Positions 38,973-48,126 of a DNA stretch of 63,518 nucleotides are shown here, piece after piece. Location: the NCBI GenBank assembly GCA_903854475.1, contig CAINWP010000040.1, positions 1 to 63,518 on the forward strand. Direction: 5' to 3'. A program made the position numbers and the translations under genes. The number at the start of each line of letters is the position of its first letter. Position 1 is the stretch's first letter. This DNA is from an uncultured Verrucomicrobiota bacterium. Its GTDB lineage: Bacteria; Verrucomicrobiota; Verrucomicrobiia; Limisphaerales; UBA9464. Below the pieces are notes generated by a model, which did no database searches, was not told the origin of the DNA, and worked only from the letters and a program-made list of their open reading frames with translations.

Positions 38973-39728
38973 ATGCGCACACTTCTCCTCGCCTTATTAA
39001 TCATCCTGCTCGGCATTGGCACCTCGGTCGCCACGTTCCTTTGGGGTGGCAAAGTGGCGCGGGCGCGCATTCAAACGGCCCTTTCCCAAATCGTCGAAGC
39101 CTCTCAGGCGTCGGCGGCGATCAAGTCCCCTGAGCAGGACATCCTCCACGATCCCCCCGATGCCCAACCGGCGGGGGACGAACGCCAGACTGAGCTAAGC
39201 TTGGCCGCTTTGGAGGCCATGCGGGAAACCTCCGAACCTGGCTCGCTGCGGTTCGACAATCCGGATGTTGTCAATTTGCTCAACCAACTGCGCAGTCGCC
39301 AAGAGTACCAGGACAGTCGCGAAAAGCGTCTGAAGGAAGTCGAAGAGCGTATCCGTCTGGAGATGCAGAACCTCAACCTGGCCACACAGTGGATTTCTCA
39401 GGCCCGCATCGCCCAAGACCACCTCTTAACCAATCGGATCGTCTATTTGCGGGTAGAGGAACAACGAAGCCTTCTGGAGCATGGTCGCCGTATATCGGCG
39501 CTCCCGCCGGCTCAGGCCGTGGCCATTTTGACCAACTATACGCCGGATGAGATTGCCCGAACGCTGACCGTCATCAACTCCACCAATGCCTCGTCGCTGC
39601 TGGGTGCCTTGGTGAGCACGGGAGAATCTGGTGTCCGTCTGGCTGCGGACATTTCTCGTAGAATGATGAACATCTCGCTGCGGTCGCCCGATGGAACCAA
39701 TTCCACCGCGGGTTCACCTGCTCTATGA
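38973..39728 (+). CDS. YlxF/FlbB/MotE-like membrane-anchored coiled-coil protein
   Basis: N-terminal TM, coiled coil and MgtE_N-like 'ALPPAQAVAIL...ASSLLGAL'; syntenic position between fliJ and fliK. Confidence 0.65.
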   Translation: MRTLLLALLIILLGIGTSVATFLWGGKVARARIQTALSQIVEASQASAAIKSPEQDILHDPPDAQPAGDERQTELSLAALEAMRETSEPGSLRFDNPDVVNLLNQLRSRQEYQDSREKRLKEVEERIRLEMQNLNLATQWISQARIAQDHLLTNRIVYLRVEEQRSLLEHGRRISALPPAQAVAILTNYTPDEIARTLTVINSTNASSLLGALVSTGESGVRLAADISRRMMNISLRSPDGTNSTAGSPAL

Positions 39729-42337
39729 TTTCAAGCGACCTGAAGGCGCTGGAGTTAAGTCCTCGTGCCTCCCTGCCCTTTTCATGGAATTCCGACGGTG
39801 ATTCCGGGGTCGCAACCGGCGGGCAAAATGGGGTGACAGAATTCCAGCAACACCTGAAGTCGGCCCAATCTGCTCAGTCTTTGGAGACGAGTTCTTCATC
39901 GGTCGCCGTCGACCCGACGAGAGCGGAAACGGCCCCCTCCCCTGATCTTTCATCGAGAGTTTCACCCCAGATTCCTTCGACCCACCCACCGGCTCGGCCT
40001 TCGAGCAAACCCGTCCGCAAGGCGTCTTTCAATCTCCGAGCGATGGTCGACTCCAAGGTGCGATTTATTGGCCCGAGTACCGCACCTATTTCAACGGCAT
40101 TCGGAACCTCTTTGCTTCCATCGGCCCAATCCGGGATGTCCTCTTTGGCGGAGCCCTTGGGGCATGCTGAAGGATTCGAGTCGGAGTTGCGAAGGCCACC
40201 GGCCTTGAATTCTGGGAGCTCACCCCGGAATGAAGGTTTTCAAGGACTGCCAGAGCGCCCATTGATGGATTCTCGACGTTTACCCGATGCAGAGGTTGTC
40301 CTAGTGCGTAATGGGCGGGCTGATCCACAGGCAGTACCTAGTTCCAAGCAGATATCGGCCGATGTATTCTCAACCCCTTCTGACGCGGGTCAGACTTATG
40401 CGTCGAGGATGGTTCTCAAGAGACCCAACTACGCGTCCTCACCAGAATCGAATTTCGAGATGCAGACGGATTTTGCATCGGGTCTTGAGGAGTTGCCGGC
40501 TTCGGTTTCGACAAACCCGGGCGGCGGTGAATCGACTTCACCCCCCCAAACGATTGCAGCCATCGGGGCACGAGTAGGAGCGGTGCAAATACCGGCCAAC
40601 GGGCCACTGCGGGTCGTCGGAAAGACAGAGACATTTCAGTCGTTCCCTACTTCACAATCCGCCACCGTTTCCTATCCGTCGATGGGCAGCGATTCGATCG
40701 CGAGCGGGATCCGAGAAACTGCCCGTCGTGCCGTGGCCCAATCGCAAATCCTGGGCACACCACCGGCCTCAGTCACGTCAGTTCGTCCCGCCAACAACAA
40801 TCATGCTTTTCGCAGTCTAATCCTAGAACCTGGGACCGGAACCCTCCCGAGTTTTGCTACCGATTTGGCCCCTCTTTCCGGGGAGCTCTCGAGCGATAAC
40901 GCCTTGAGATCGGATTCTGTTACACCCCCGGCCTTCAGCCAGGCCTCCTTCCCACCGTCGTGGACTTCTGAACCCAATGGCGCTGAACTCTCTGTGAGCA
41001 ATTCTGGAGGGAAATCGGGCTTACTTACGGCAACCGGATCGAACCTCCAGCCCATCATTCCTGTCGAATCGGGCTCGCAAAACGGGGGGGGCATTCAGCG
41101 CGAGGCGCGCTCGTTGAACCCGAGTTCGGAGTTCATTAAGAACGCTCCTGCGAACCCTCCACTGGAGACTGTCCCCAATGGGGTTCCCAACCTAATACGG
41201 GTCCAGCGGAACATCGCGGCGGTCACTCCGACTCCTCCTATTTCCAAAGAAGTGTCCGGCACCGCGCAGGGTCTTTCAGAATTGGAGACTGGCCTTTCGG
41301 AAAACCAAGGCCTTGCGAATACTATTGGAGGGAAATCGGGCTTACTTACGGCAACCGGATCGAACCTCCAGCCCATCATTCCTGTCGAATCGGGCTCGCA
41401 AAACGGGGGGGGCATTCAGCGCGAGGCACGCTCGTCGAACCCGAGTTTGGAGTTGATTAAGAACGATTCGCCTGTTGAAGCGGTGGGCTTAACTGCGTCG
41501 AGCGAATCGAGTGTCGCCGAATCGCAGGCATCACCCAAGCCGTCGGTACAACCACTGCGACCGGCGAATCGATCACCACGCGCCAAGGGTGCTGATACAG
41601 TTGCATCGAACGCTTCCTCGCGAACTTCCCTCGAGGCGGATAACAGGTTTCCAACGCCCTTGGCTCTGGATAACGGCGCTGAAGATCGGATGCGGTTCGA
41701 TACCCTGGGCCGTGATGCGGGCTCCGGCTCCTCGTCAGATCCAGGTCATGGGCATTCTCAAGCGACTGGAACTCCCGCAACTGGACTGTTCCCCGGAGTT
41801 CCGCAGGGCTCATCGGTCCAAGATCCATTGGTTGATGGACCATCGAATTCACCCAAAACCTCTGACGCCGGCACTTCAGCCTCGCTCCTTCACGAATCTC
41901 ACAAATCGAGTGCGGTACGGCTGGTTCATCTGGATTCCCCAGGATCTGGCGGCTTGGAACTGCGTATTCAAGAACTTGGCGATAAGCTCATCGTTCGGAC
42001 ACAGGATCTTGTAGGTTCCCTCGACGGGCAAAGCACCCAATGGAAAGAGCTCCAGCAGCGTTTGGAGACCAGCGGGATTGTTCTCATGCCCGTGGATGCT
42101 TCATTGGGTGCAACGGCCGCACCGATCGAGCCTCGAAACTCATCCGAGGAATTGCGGCACACAATTTGCTACGACGGTAACATGGGTTCTACAGGGCGCG
42201 ATAGTTCGGATCCTCGCTCGTCGAGTGGTCGGGCACGCTCCTTAGGAGAACCTTCTCACTCGGCCTCTCCGGAGTTGCCCGATGAATCCATAGACTCTGC
42301 CGAGGCGCCGCCAGCCTCTCGGCAGTGGTGGGCCTGA
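39725..42337 (+). CDS. fliK: FliK-like hook-length control protein (870 aa)
   Basis: Ser/Pro-rich low-complexity body and degenerate T3S4-like C-terminus 'LDSPGSGGLELRIQE...LQQRLETSG'; immediately upstream of flgD. Confidence 0.65.
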   Translation: MISSDLKALELSPRASLPFSWNSDGDSGVATGGQNGVTEFQQHLKSAQSAQSLETSSSSVAVDPTRAETAPSPDLSSRVSPQIPSTHPPARPSSKPVRKASFNLRAMVDSKVRFIGPSTAPISTAFGTSLLPSAQSGMSSLAEPLGHAEGFESELRRPPALNSGSSPRNEGFQGLPERPLMDSRRLPDAEVVLVRNGRADPQAVPSSKQISADVFSTPSDAGQTYASRMVLKRPNYASSPESNFEMQTDFASGLEELPASVSTNPGGGESTSPPQTIAAIGARVGAVQIPANGPLRVVGKTETFQSFPTSQSATVSYPSMGSDSIASGIRETARRAVAQSQILGTPPASVTSVRPANNNHAFRSLILEPGTGTLPSFATDLAPLSGELSSDNALRSDSVTPPAFSQASFPPSWTSEPNGAELSVSNSGGKSGLLTATGSNLQPIIPVESGSQNGGGIQREARSLNPSSEFIKNAPANPPLETVPNGVPNLIRVQRNIAAVTPTPPISKEVSGTAQGLSELETGLSENQGLANTIGGKSGLLTATGSNLQPIIPVESGSQNGGGIQREARSSNPSLELIKNDSPVEAVGLTASSESSVAESQASPKPSVQPLRPANRSPRAKGADTVASNASSRTSLEADNRFPTPLALDNGAEDRMRFDTLGRDAGSGSSSDPGHGHSQATGTPATGLFPGVPQGSSVQDPLVDGPSNSPKTSDAGTSASLLHESHKSSAVRLVHLDSPGSGGLELRIQELGDKLIVRTQDLVGSLDGQSTQWKELQQRLETSGIVLMPVDASLGATAAPIEPRNSSEELRHTICYDGNMGSTGRDSSDPRSSSGRARSLGEPSHSASPELPDESIDSAEAPPASRQWWA
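41005..41465 (+). repeat. 140-bp in-frame direct repeat within fliK (41005-41144 and 41326-41465)
   Basis: Offset 321 bp (107 codons), 4 mismatches; both copies encode GGKSGLLTATGSNLQPIIPVESGSQNGGGIQREARS. Confidence 0.95.
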
Positions 42338-42356
42338 AACCAGAGACGACACTGAC

Positions 42357-42809
42357 ATGAGCATTCCATCTTACATGGCCTCCACGACCGCCACCCAGGC
42401 GGCGCAGGCCAACACGGCGACACAGCGTCCCTTGGCCAAAACACTGGGGCAGGATGATTTCCTGAAGCTGCTAACCATGCAGATGCAGAATCAGGATCCG
42501 ATGAACCCTCAGACAAATACGGATTTTGTCGCTCAAATGGCGCAGTTTACCACGCTGGAGCAGTCACGGAGCATGACCACCAGCCTGCAGAGTATCCAGG
42601 CCCGCCAAGATGTCCAAACGGCAGTCCAACTTCTGGGTAAGCCGGTCCAACTGGCCGATGGCACCCTAGGAGTGGTTGAAAAGGTAACCCTCGACAAGAC
42701 CGGAGCACCATCCCTGCAAGTGGGTTCCAAGCATTACAGCCTCGACAAGGTTGTGGCTTACGACCAACCCGCGAACTTGCTGTCCACGCCCTATCCAGTA
42801 GGTCCGTGA
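42357..42809 (+). CDS. flgD: Flagellar hook capping protein FlgD
   Basis: 'LGQDDFLKLLTMQMQNQDPMNP...FVAQMAQF'. Confidence 0.95.
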   Translation: MSIPSYMASTTATQAAQANTATQRPLAKTLGQDDFLKLLTMQMQNQDPMNPQTNTDFVAQMAQFTTLEQSRSMTTSLQSIQARQDVQTAVQLLGKPVQLADGTLGVVEKVTLDKTGAPSLQVGSKHYSLDKVVAYDQPANLLSTPYPVGP

Positions 42810-42863
42810 GAATCCCTTTAATACGTTGAGTCCGCACCAATAACCAATAACCGACAAACACTC

Positions 42864-43781
42864 ATGATCAGATCCCTGAATACCGCGAGTCTCGGAATCC
42901 GACAGTTTCAATCTTCATTAGATGTTCTAGCCAACAACCTCGCAAACCTCAATACGGTAGGTTACAAGGCGAGCCGAGCTGATTTTGTTGAGTCACTGAA
43001 CTCGGTGCTTCGGGCTCCGACTCCTGATACGGCGACCGGAAGCGGCACCTCCGGTGTGTCCGTGGGCAATGGTGTGGCGACATCCACCATTCGCTCTAAT
43101 TTCTCCCAGGGTTCCGTTAACCAAACGGGGTTGGCGACGGATTTCTCTGTGACTGGTAACGGATATTTCTTGGTCAGAAATACTACGTCGGGTGAAGTGT
43201 TCGCGACACGCTCGGGCAACTTCCGCCTCGACTCAACGGGATACCTGGTTACCGACGGCGGCATGCGAGTGCAGGGTGTGGAAGATTCTCAGAAGGATCC
43301 CAACAAGATCGGTGACATCCGCTTCGACAAGGGAACGTTGCCTTCCACGGCACCCACCTCGGCCGCAGCAGCTTCGATCACCAATATCAGTGTCGATGGC
43401 GCCGGTCGGTTGAACACACTCTTGGACGACGGCACTCAATATGTGCGGGGCCAGGTAGTTCTTCAAACTTTCAGCAATGAGCAGGCTATGGTTCGAGCGG
43501 GCAACAACTTGTTCACCAATCTGGGAGCTGCCGGTGCCGCAACGCCCGCTACCACCGGTGCTTTTACTTCGACTCCCAACAGCGCGGTTTTGAATGGGGC
43601 CCGCAAGGCCAACCAAGATGGTATGGGCCGCATCGAACAGGGCGCGCTCGAGCTCTCCAACGTCGACGTATCGAGGGAGTTCTCGAACATGATTACCACC
43701 CAACGCGCATTTCAGGCGAACGCCCGCATGATTACCACCAGCGACTCGATTATTGAGGAGTTGGTTAACTTGAAGCGCTGA
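42864..43781 (+). CDS. flgE: Flagellar hook protein FlgE (short form)
   Basis: 'ANNLANLNTVGYK', 'TRSGNF' and 'LELSNVD...MITTQRAFQANARMITTSD...LVNLKR'; follows flgD. Confidence 0.88.
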   Translation: MIRSLNTASLGIRQFQSSLDVLANNLANLNTVGYKASRADFVESLNSVLRAPTPDTATGSGTSGVSVGNGVATSTIRSNFSQGSVNQTGLATDFSVTGNGYFLVRNTTSGEVFATRSGNFRLDSTGYLVTDGGMRVQGVEDSQKDPNKIGDIRFDKGTLPSTAPTSAAAASITNISVDGAGRLNTLLDDGTQYVRGQVVLQTFSNEQAMVRAGNNLFTNLGAAGAATPATTGAFTSTPNSAVLNGARKANQDGMGRIEQGALELSNVDVSREFSNMITTQRAFQANARMITTSDSIIEELVNLKR

Positions 43782-43800
43782 GCCTCTTCCGGAAATTCCC

Positions 43801-44577
43801 ATGTCCGACGCACACGACAAAGAAAAAAAGCCTGCAGCGGAGGAAGCGGCTGGCGCACCGAAAGCTGCCAAGGGCGGGATGATGGTCCCGTTGATCGCAG
43901 CTGCCATGATCTCGGTGGGTGGAAGCTTTGGCGTGGGTTTCTTTCTCAACAAACAGCTGCTCACCGGTATCAACAAGGAGTTGACACTCGCTCTAGCGCA
44001 GGTTGGGGCTTCCGACGATCACGGCGATGGCCACGGTGCTGCCAAAGACCCCAAGACCACGGCAGCGGCTCATGGGGCTCATGGAGCAGACGCGAGCCAC
44101 GGCAAAGGATCAAAAGAAGACACTCACTCCAGCGGATCTGACCATGGTTCCGCTCCTAAGAAGCCGGATGCAGCGGCCGGCCACGACGCTCCAAAAGCTA
44201 AGGATGACGGCCACGGTGGCGCCCCAGCCAAGAAGGAGACCCCCGAGGAAATTACCAAGGCGGCGCAAACGAAGGCTGGGCTTTTCCCGCTTGGCGTCGA
44301 TCCGATTGTCGCCAACCCATCAGGAGACACCCGTTTTGTGGTGGTAAAGGTAACACTACTCAGTGTGGGCCAAACCGACATATCCGGACCGGTGGAGGCC
44401 AACATAGACCGGTTGCGGGATGCAGTTTCAGCATTCCTTGCCGACCAGCGCATCGATGACATGCAGAAGCGCGGCTTCCGTAGTCAGATGGCTGCACAAC
44501 TGGCCTTGGCCTTCAATCGGATCCTGGGTCCGGGGACAGTCAAGGACATCATCTTCCCTCAGTTTGTGATTCAGTGA
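43801..44577 (+). CDS. fliL: Flagellar protein FliL with His-rich linker
   Basis: Single TM, 'IVANP...RF', 'RLRDAV' and C-terminal 'FPQFVIQ'; upstream of fliM. Confidence 0.85.
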   Translation: MSDAHDKEKKPAAEEAAGAPKAAKGGMMVPLIAAAMISVGGSFGVGFFLNKQLLTGINKELTLALAQVGASDDHGDGHGAAKDPKTTAAAHGAHGADASHGKGSKEDTHSSGSDHGSAPKKPDAAAGHDAPKAKDDGHGGAPAKKETPEEITKAAQTKAGLFPLGVDPIVANPSGDTRFVVVKVTLLSVGQTDISGPVEANIDRLRDAVSAFLADQRIDDMQKRGFRSQMAAQLALAFNRILGPGTVKDIIFPQFVIQ

Positions 44578-45500
44578 GTACTTCCGACAAATCGGCCTCG
44601 GCAGTGGGTGCCAAGAAGCCGTCTGAGGTAAAACCCTTTGTGGTGGGTCAGGCAAGTTCCCTGTCCGCCCAAGAGCTCAACCGCTTCCGAATCCACAATG
44701 AAGGGATCATGCGCTCGGTGGGCGCACGTCTTTCGCTGTTTCTCCGCGCTGAGTTTGCCTTCGATCTGGAGAACCTGGATGCCATGGAGCTCGGGCGCTA
44801 TGCGGCCAAGGCAGAGCCCATTAATAATTACATCCTTTTCCAGGTAGAGCGTTTTCCGGGCACCGGGGTGGTTGGTTTTCCAAAACCTTTAGCTCTGGCG
44901 ATCGGTGACCGAATGCTCGGAGGCCGTGGGTTTGGAGCCAATCCCGACCGGGAGTTGCGTGAGGTCGAGTTGGCCCTGTTGAACCAGGCAGTCTTGTTGG
45001 CACTCAAGGAGTACTTCTCCAAATGGAGCGATTCGGCGGATGAAGCCAAGGTCCGCATCGTGGGGCGAGAGACGAACATCAAGCTCCTCGCCGAGGATCA
45101 TCCCACAGCGGTGGTCTATATTCTGAAGGTGCAGGCCATCATCGGCGATTGCTTCGCCACTGTGGATATCATTCTGCCATTGGAGATGATGGCGCAGAGC
45201 ATTCAGAAAGCCATGGTGAGCATGGGTGAAGCTGGCTCGGATGCAGGCAATTTGACCAAGGATGAGGTCCAGTGGAATCCCGCCTACAACGACCTGACGA
45301 TGCGGATCTCCGCCCTTTGGGCCGGTTTGTCCATCACCCCCCGCGAAATACTTCAGATGCGGGCCGGAGACATGATTCCCCTAGACCCATCGAAGATCGA
45401 TGAGGTCGAGCTACAAATCGAAGGCCTCCCTCGGTTTCGCGGCAAACTCGGTAGTGCCAACCGCAAGGTGGCCATCGAGATCACTGAACGACTTACCTGA
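44574..45500 (+). CDS. fliM: Flagellar motor switch protein FliM (no N-terminal CheY-binding peptide)
   Basis: 'DRMLGGRG', 'RELREVE' and C-terminal SpoA domain; GTGA overlap with fliL. Confidence 0.88.
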   Translation: MSTSDKSASAVGAKKPSEVKPFVVGQASSLSAQELNRFRIHNEGIMRSVGARLSLFLRAEFAFDLENLDAMELGRYAAKAEPINNYILFQVERFPGTGVVGFPKPLALAIGDRMLGGRGFGANPDRELREVELALLNQAVLLALKEYFSKWSDSADEAKVRIVGRETNIKLLAEDHPTAVVYILKVQAIIGDCFATVDIILPLEMMAQSIQKAMVSMGEAGSDAGNLTKDEVQWNPAYNDLTMRISALWAGLSITPREILQMRAGDMIPLDPSKIDEVELQIEGLPRFRGKLGSANRKVAIEITERLT

Positions 45501-45508
45501 CAATCACC

Positions 45509-45787
45509 ATGACCAACGACAGCAGCGACAACCCCTCCATTGAGTTCCTACTCGACGTCCCCATTCAGTTGAACGCTGAACTCGGCTCATGCGAGATGAC
45601 CTGCCGTGAGTTGCTTAAACTCGACATCGGATCCGTGGTCCAGTTGGACAAACCGGCGCACGCCTCAGTGGATCTCTTCGTGAACACGAAGTTAGTGGCT
45701 CGCGGTGAAGTCGTCGTGGCTGAGGGTAATTTTGGAATCAAAATCAAGGAAGTCGTGTCCCGCCCAGGTTCCCTACCCAAGGCATGA
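45509..45787 (+). CDS. fliN: Flagellar motor switch protein FliN
   Basis: 'LLDVPIQLNAELG' and 'ARGEVVV...NFGIKI'. Confidence 0.95.
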   Translation: MTNDSSDNPSIEFLLDVPIQLNAELGSCEMTCRELLKLDIGSVVQLDKPAHASVDLFVNTKLVARGEVVVAEGNFGIKIKEVVSRPGSLPKA

Positions 45788-46185
45788 CCAACCTGACCCC
45801 AGTATTGCCCGCTGCAGCCGTCGGATCGTCGCTACTGGCAGATTGGACCCGGATGTTGGGAACTCTGTGCTTGCTGTTGGCCACCGTCTGGGTGGGTCTT
45901 ATTTGGCTGAAGGGTCGCAACTGGTTTAAAACGGCGATAGATCGACGGATACGCCTCCGAGTGGATGAAAGCCGTGGACTCGGCAATCGTTCCTTCTTGC
46001 ACTTGGTATCCTGTGGTAGCCAGCAGTTTCTGGTTTCCTCATCACCTGCTGGGGTTTCAATGATCGCAGAACTGATGCCGGAGGAATCCCCTTCATCGGC
46101 GACTGCTCTTGAGACCTCCGATTTTTCTCAGCGTCTGAACGAGGCGCTTCCCAAGGTCCCCACCGGCAGGCCGGGCGCACCATGA
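45784..46185 (+). CDS. fliO: Flagellar biogenesis protein FliO
   Basis: TM followed by 'LRVDESRGLGNRSFLHLV...FLV'; between fliN and fliP. Confidence 0.8.
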   Translation: MTNLTPVLPAAAVGSSLLADWTRMLGTLCLLLATVWVGLIWLKGRNWFKTAIDRRIRLRVDESRGLGNRSFLHLVSCGSQQFLVSSSPAGVSMIAELMPEESPSSATALETSDFSQRLNEALPKVPTGRPGAP

Positions 46186-47024
46186 ACTTCGCGGACTCTT
46201 ACCTAGGTTTGCTGCGATTACCGCCGATCCCCAACTGCCGCGGGATCGCGTCCGTCGTACGGTGGGTTTTCGCCGCCATGATGCTGGCTTTAGGGACCTC
46301 TTATCTCCACGCACAGGTGGACTCATCCGTCATCACGAACACTGCCTCTGCTGTGCCCACCGGGGTCACTTTCAGCATCAACGGACTTCCGAAACCCCAA
46401 GACGTAGATGTCAGCATCCAGATTGTCGGTGCGCTTACCCTGCTGTCGTTAGCTCCCTCGTTGCTCATGCTGATGACGAGTTTCCCGCGGATCATTATTG
46501 TCTTCTCGTTGGCGAAGAATGCCTTAGGAGTGGCATCCGCCATTCCTAGCCAGTTGGTGATGGGGTTTTCGCTCATCCTCACCTTCTTCATTATGCGCCC
46601 GGTCATCCGGGACATTGAGACGACCGCCTTAGCACCGTATCGCACGAGTCAGATCACCAGCACCGAGGCGCTGGATCGGGCCTCCCTACGGATCAAGGCA
46701 TTCATGCTCCGACAAACCCGGACCGATCAGGTGGAATTCTTCGCTGGACTGGCCGGCATTCCCCCGACCGAGGCCAAGGACCTTCCGCTGTCGGTGGTGG
46801 TTCCAGCCTTCCTCATCAATGAACTCCGTACGGCGTTCCAAATGGGATTCTTGGTGTTTCTACCCTTTCTCCTCATCGACTACGTGGTTGCGATCATCCT
46901 CATGAGTCTGGGGCTCATGTTCCTGCCACCGGCCAACATTTCCCTGCCCCTCAAGATCCTTTTGTTCGTCCTCGTGGATGGCTGGGGGCTCATCACCAAG
47001 TCCTTGGTCAACAGCTTCATCTGA
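46182..47024 (+). CDS. fliP: Flagellar export gate FliP
   Basis: 'LSLAPS...MTSFPRI', 'PAFLINELRTAFQMGF' and 'SLPLKILLFVLVDGW'. Confidence 0.96.
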   Translation: MNFADSYLGLLRLPPIPNCRGIASVVRWVFAAMMLALGTSYLHAQVDSSVITNTASAVPTGVTFSINGLPKPQDVDVSIQIVGALTLLSLAPSLLMLMTSFPRIIIVFSLAKNALGVASAIPSQLVMGFSLILTFFIMRPVIRDIETTALAPYRTSQITSTEALDRASLRIKAFMLRQTRTDQVEFFAGLAGIPPTEAKDLPLSVVVPAFLINELRTAFQMGFLVFLPFLLIDYVVAIILMSLGLMFLPPANISLPLKILLFVLVDGWGLITKSLVNSFI

Positions 47025-47055
47025 GCGCTGTCGACATATTTAAGATACGCATCGC

Positions 47056-47325
47056 ATGACACCGGAACTAGCTGTGGACCTCCTCAAGCAACTGGTCGAG
47101 CGGATCTTCATCGTGGCTTCGCCACTGCTGCTGACGGCCATGATCACGGGACTCATCGTGAGTCTCATACAGACGGTCACGTCGCTGCAGGAACAAACCC
47201 TCAGTTTTGTGCCCAAAGCGCTCACTGTCCTAGGAGTCTTGTTGATGATCCTACCGTGGGCGCTCCAAATCGTGATGGACTACACCACCGGCGTCATCGG
47301 CCTCATGGGACGCATCAACCGATAG
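47056..47325 (+). CDS. fliQ: Flagellar export gate FliQ
   Basis: 'QTVTSLQEQTLSFVPK'. Confidence 0.96.
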   Translation: MTPELAVDLLKQLVERIFIVASPLLLTAMITGLIVSLIQTVTSLQEQTLSFVPKALTVLGVLLMILPWALQIVMDYTTGVIGLMGRINR

Positions 47326-47333
47326 GACGCCCA

Positions 47334-48116
47334 ATGGACCAATTGTGGACAGGTTGGTGGGTGCTGTGGAGGACTGGTGCCTGCCTGTCCGCATCTCCAA
47401 TCACCTCGGGGCGCGGGATCCCGGTGCGGGTACGGCTTATGGTCACAGTGGCCGTGGTGTGGGCCATGATTCCGGTGGCCCAACGGCTGCCCGTCCCGTC
47501 GATGACATCGGGCTGGTTTGAAATCTCATTGCTGACTGCCCGAGAAACACTCATTGGCCTGCTGTTGGGCTTCAGTTCCCGTTTTGCGATCTTCGCCGCA
47601 CAAGGGGCAGGCCATTTGATCTCCAATGAGATGGGGCTCCAAAGCTCCCAAATCTTCTCACCAAGCTCCGGTGAGCCCACCAGTGAGCCCAGCATGATGC
47701 TCGAATTTCTGGCCCAATTGATCATGTTTGGAGGAGGTTTCTACGATCGCTGGTTATTGGCCTTCGCCGAAAGCTTCCAGTTGCTGCCGATGGTCGCGAC
47801 AGGCACGACGGATGCCTCGGGACTGCTGAACTGGATGGGTGGAATGACCGCGGCCACGCTGCTGCTTACGGTCAAACTTGCGATGCCTGTGATTGCCGGA
47901 GGATTTCTTCTCAATGTCGCTCTACTTCTCCTGGGGCGAGCACTTCCCCAGCTGCCTGTCTTCCAAGACAGCTTTTTGTTTCGCGCGGTAATTGGGCTGT
48001 TCCTCTTCGGTGCCAGCCTCCATTTGGCAGCGCTGCACCTCAGCGCCCGTGCCCAGCGATTGCCGGGAGACCTGCTCGACGCTGCCGGTCTGTTGCGGGT
48101 GATTCCGGGCAATTGA
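47334..48116 (+). CDS. fliR: Flagellar export gate FliR
   Basis: 'ETLIGLLLG', 'AGHLISNEMGL' and 'RALPQL'; between fliQ and flhB. Confidence 0.88.
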   Translation: MDQLWTGWWVLWRTGACLSASPITSGRGIPVRVRLMVTVAVVWAMIPVAQRLPVPSMTSGWFEISLLTARETLIGLLLGFSSRFAIFAAQGAGHLISNEMGLQSSQIFSPSSGEPTSEPSMMLEFLAQLIMFGGGFYDRWLLAFAESFQLLPMVATGTTDASGLLNWMGGMTAATLLLTVKLAMPVIAGGFLLNVALLLLGRALPQLPVFQDSFLFRAVIGLFLFGASLHLAALHLSARAQRLPGDLLDAAGLLRVIPGN

Positions 48117-48126
48117 AAGGCGATCC

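Noticed and set aside
42817-42857. Possible sigma-28 promoter or short repeat (CCAATAA x2) before flgE
   Set aside because: TTTA-N15-ACCAATAA lacks the GCCG core and does not match the motif seen twice elsewhere.
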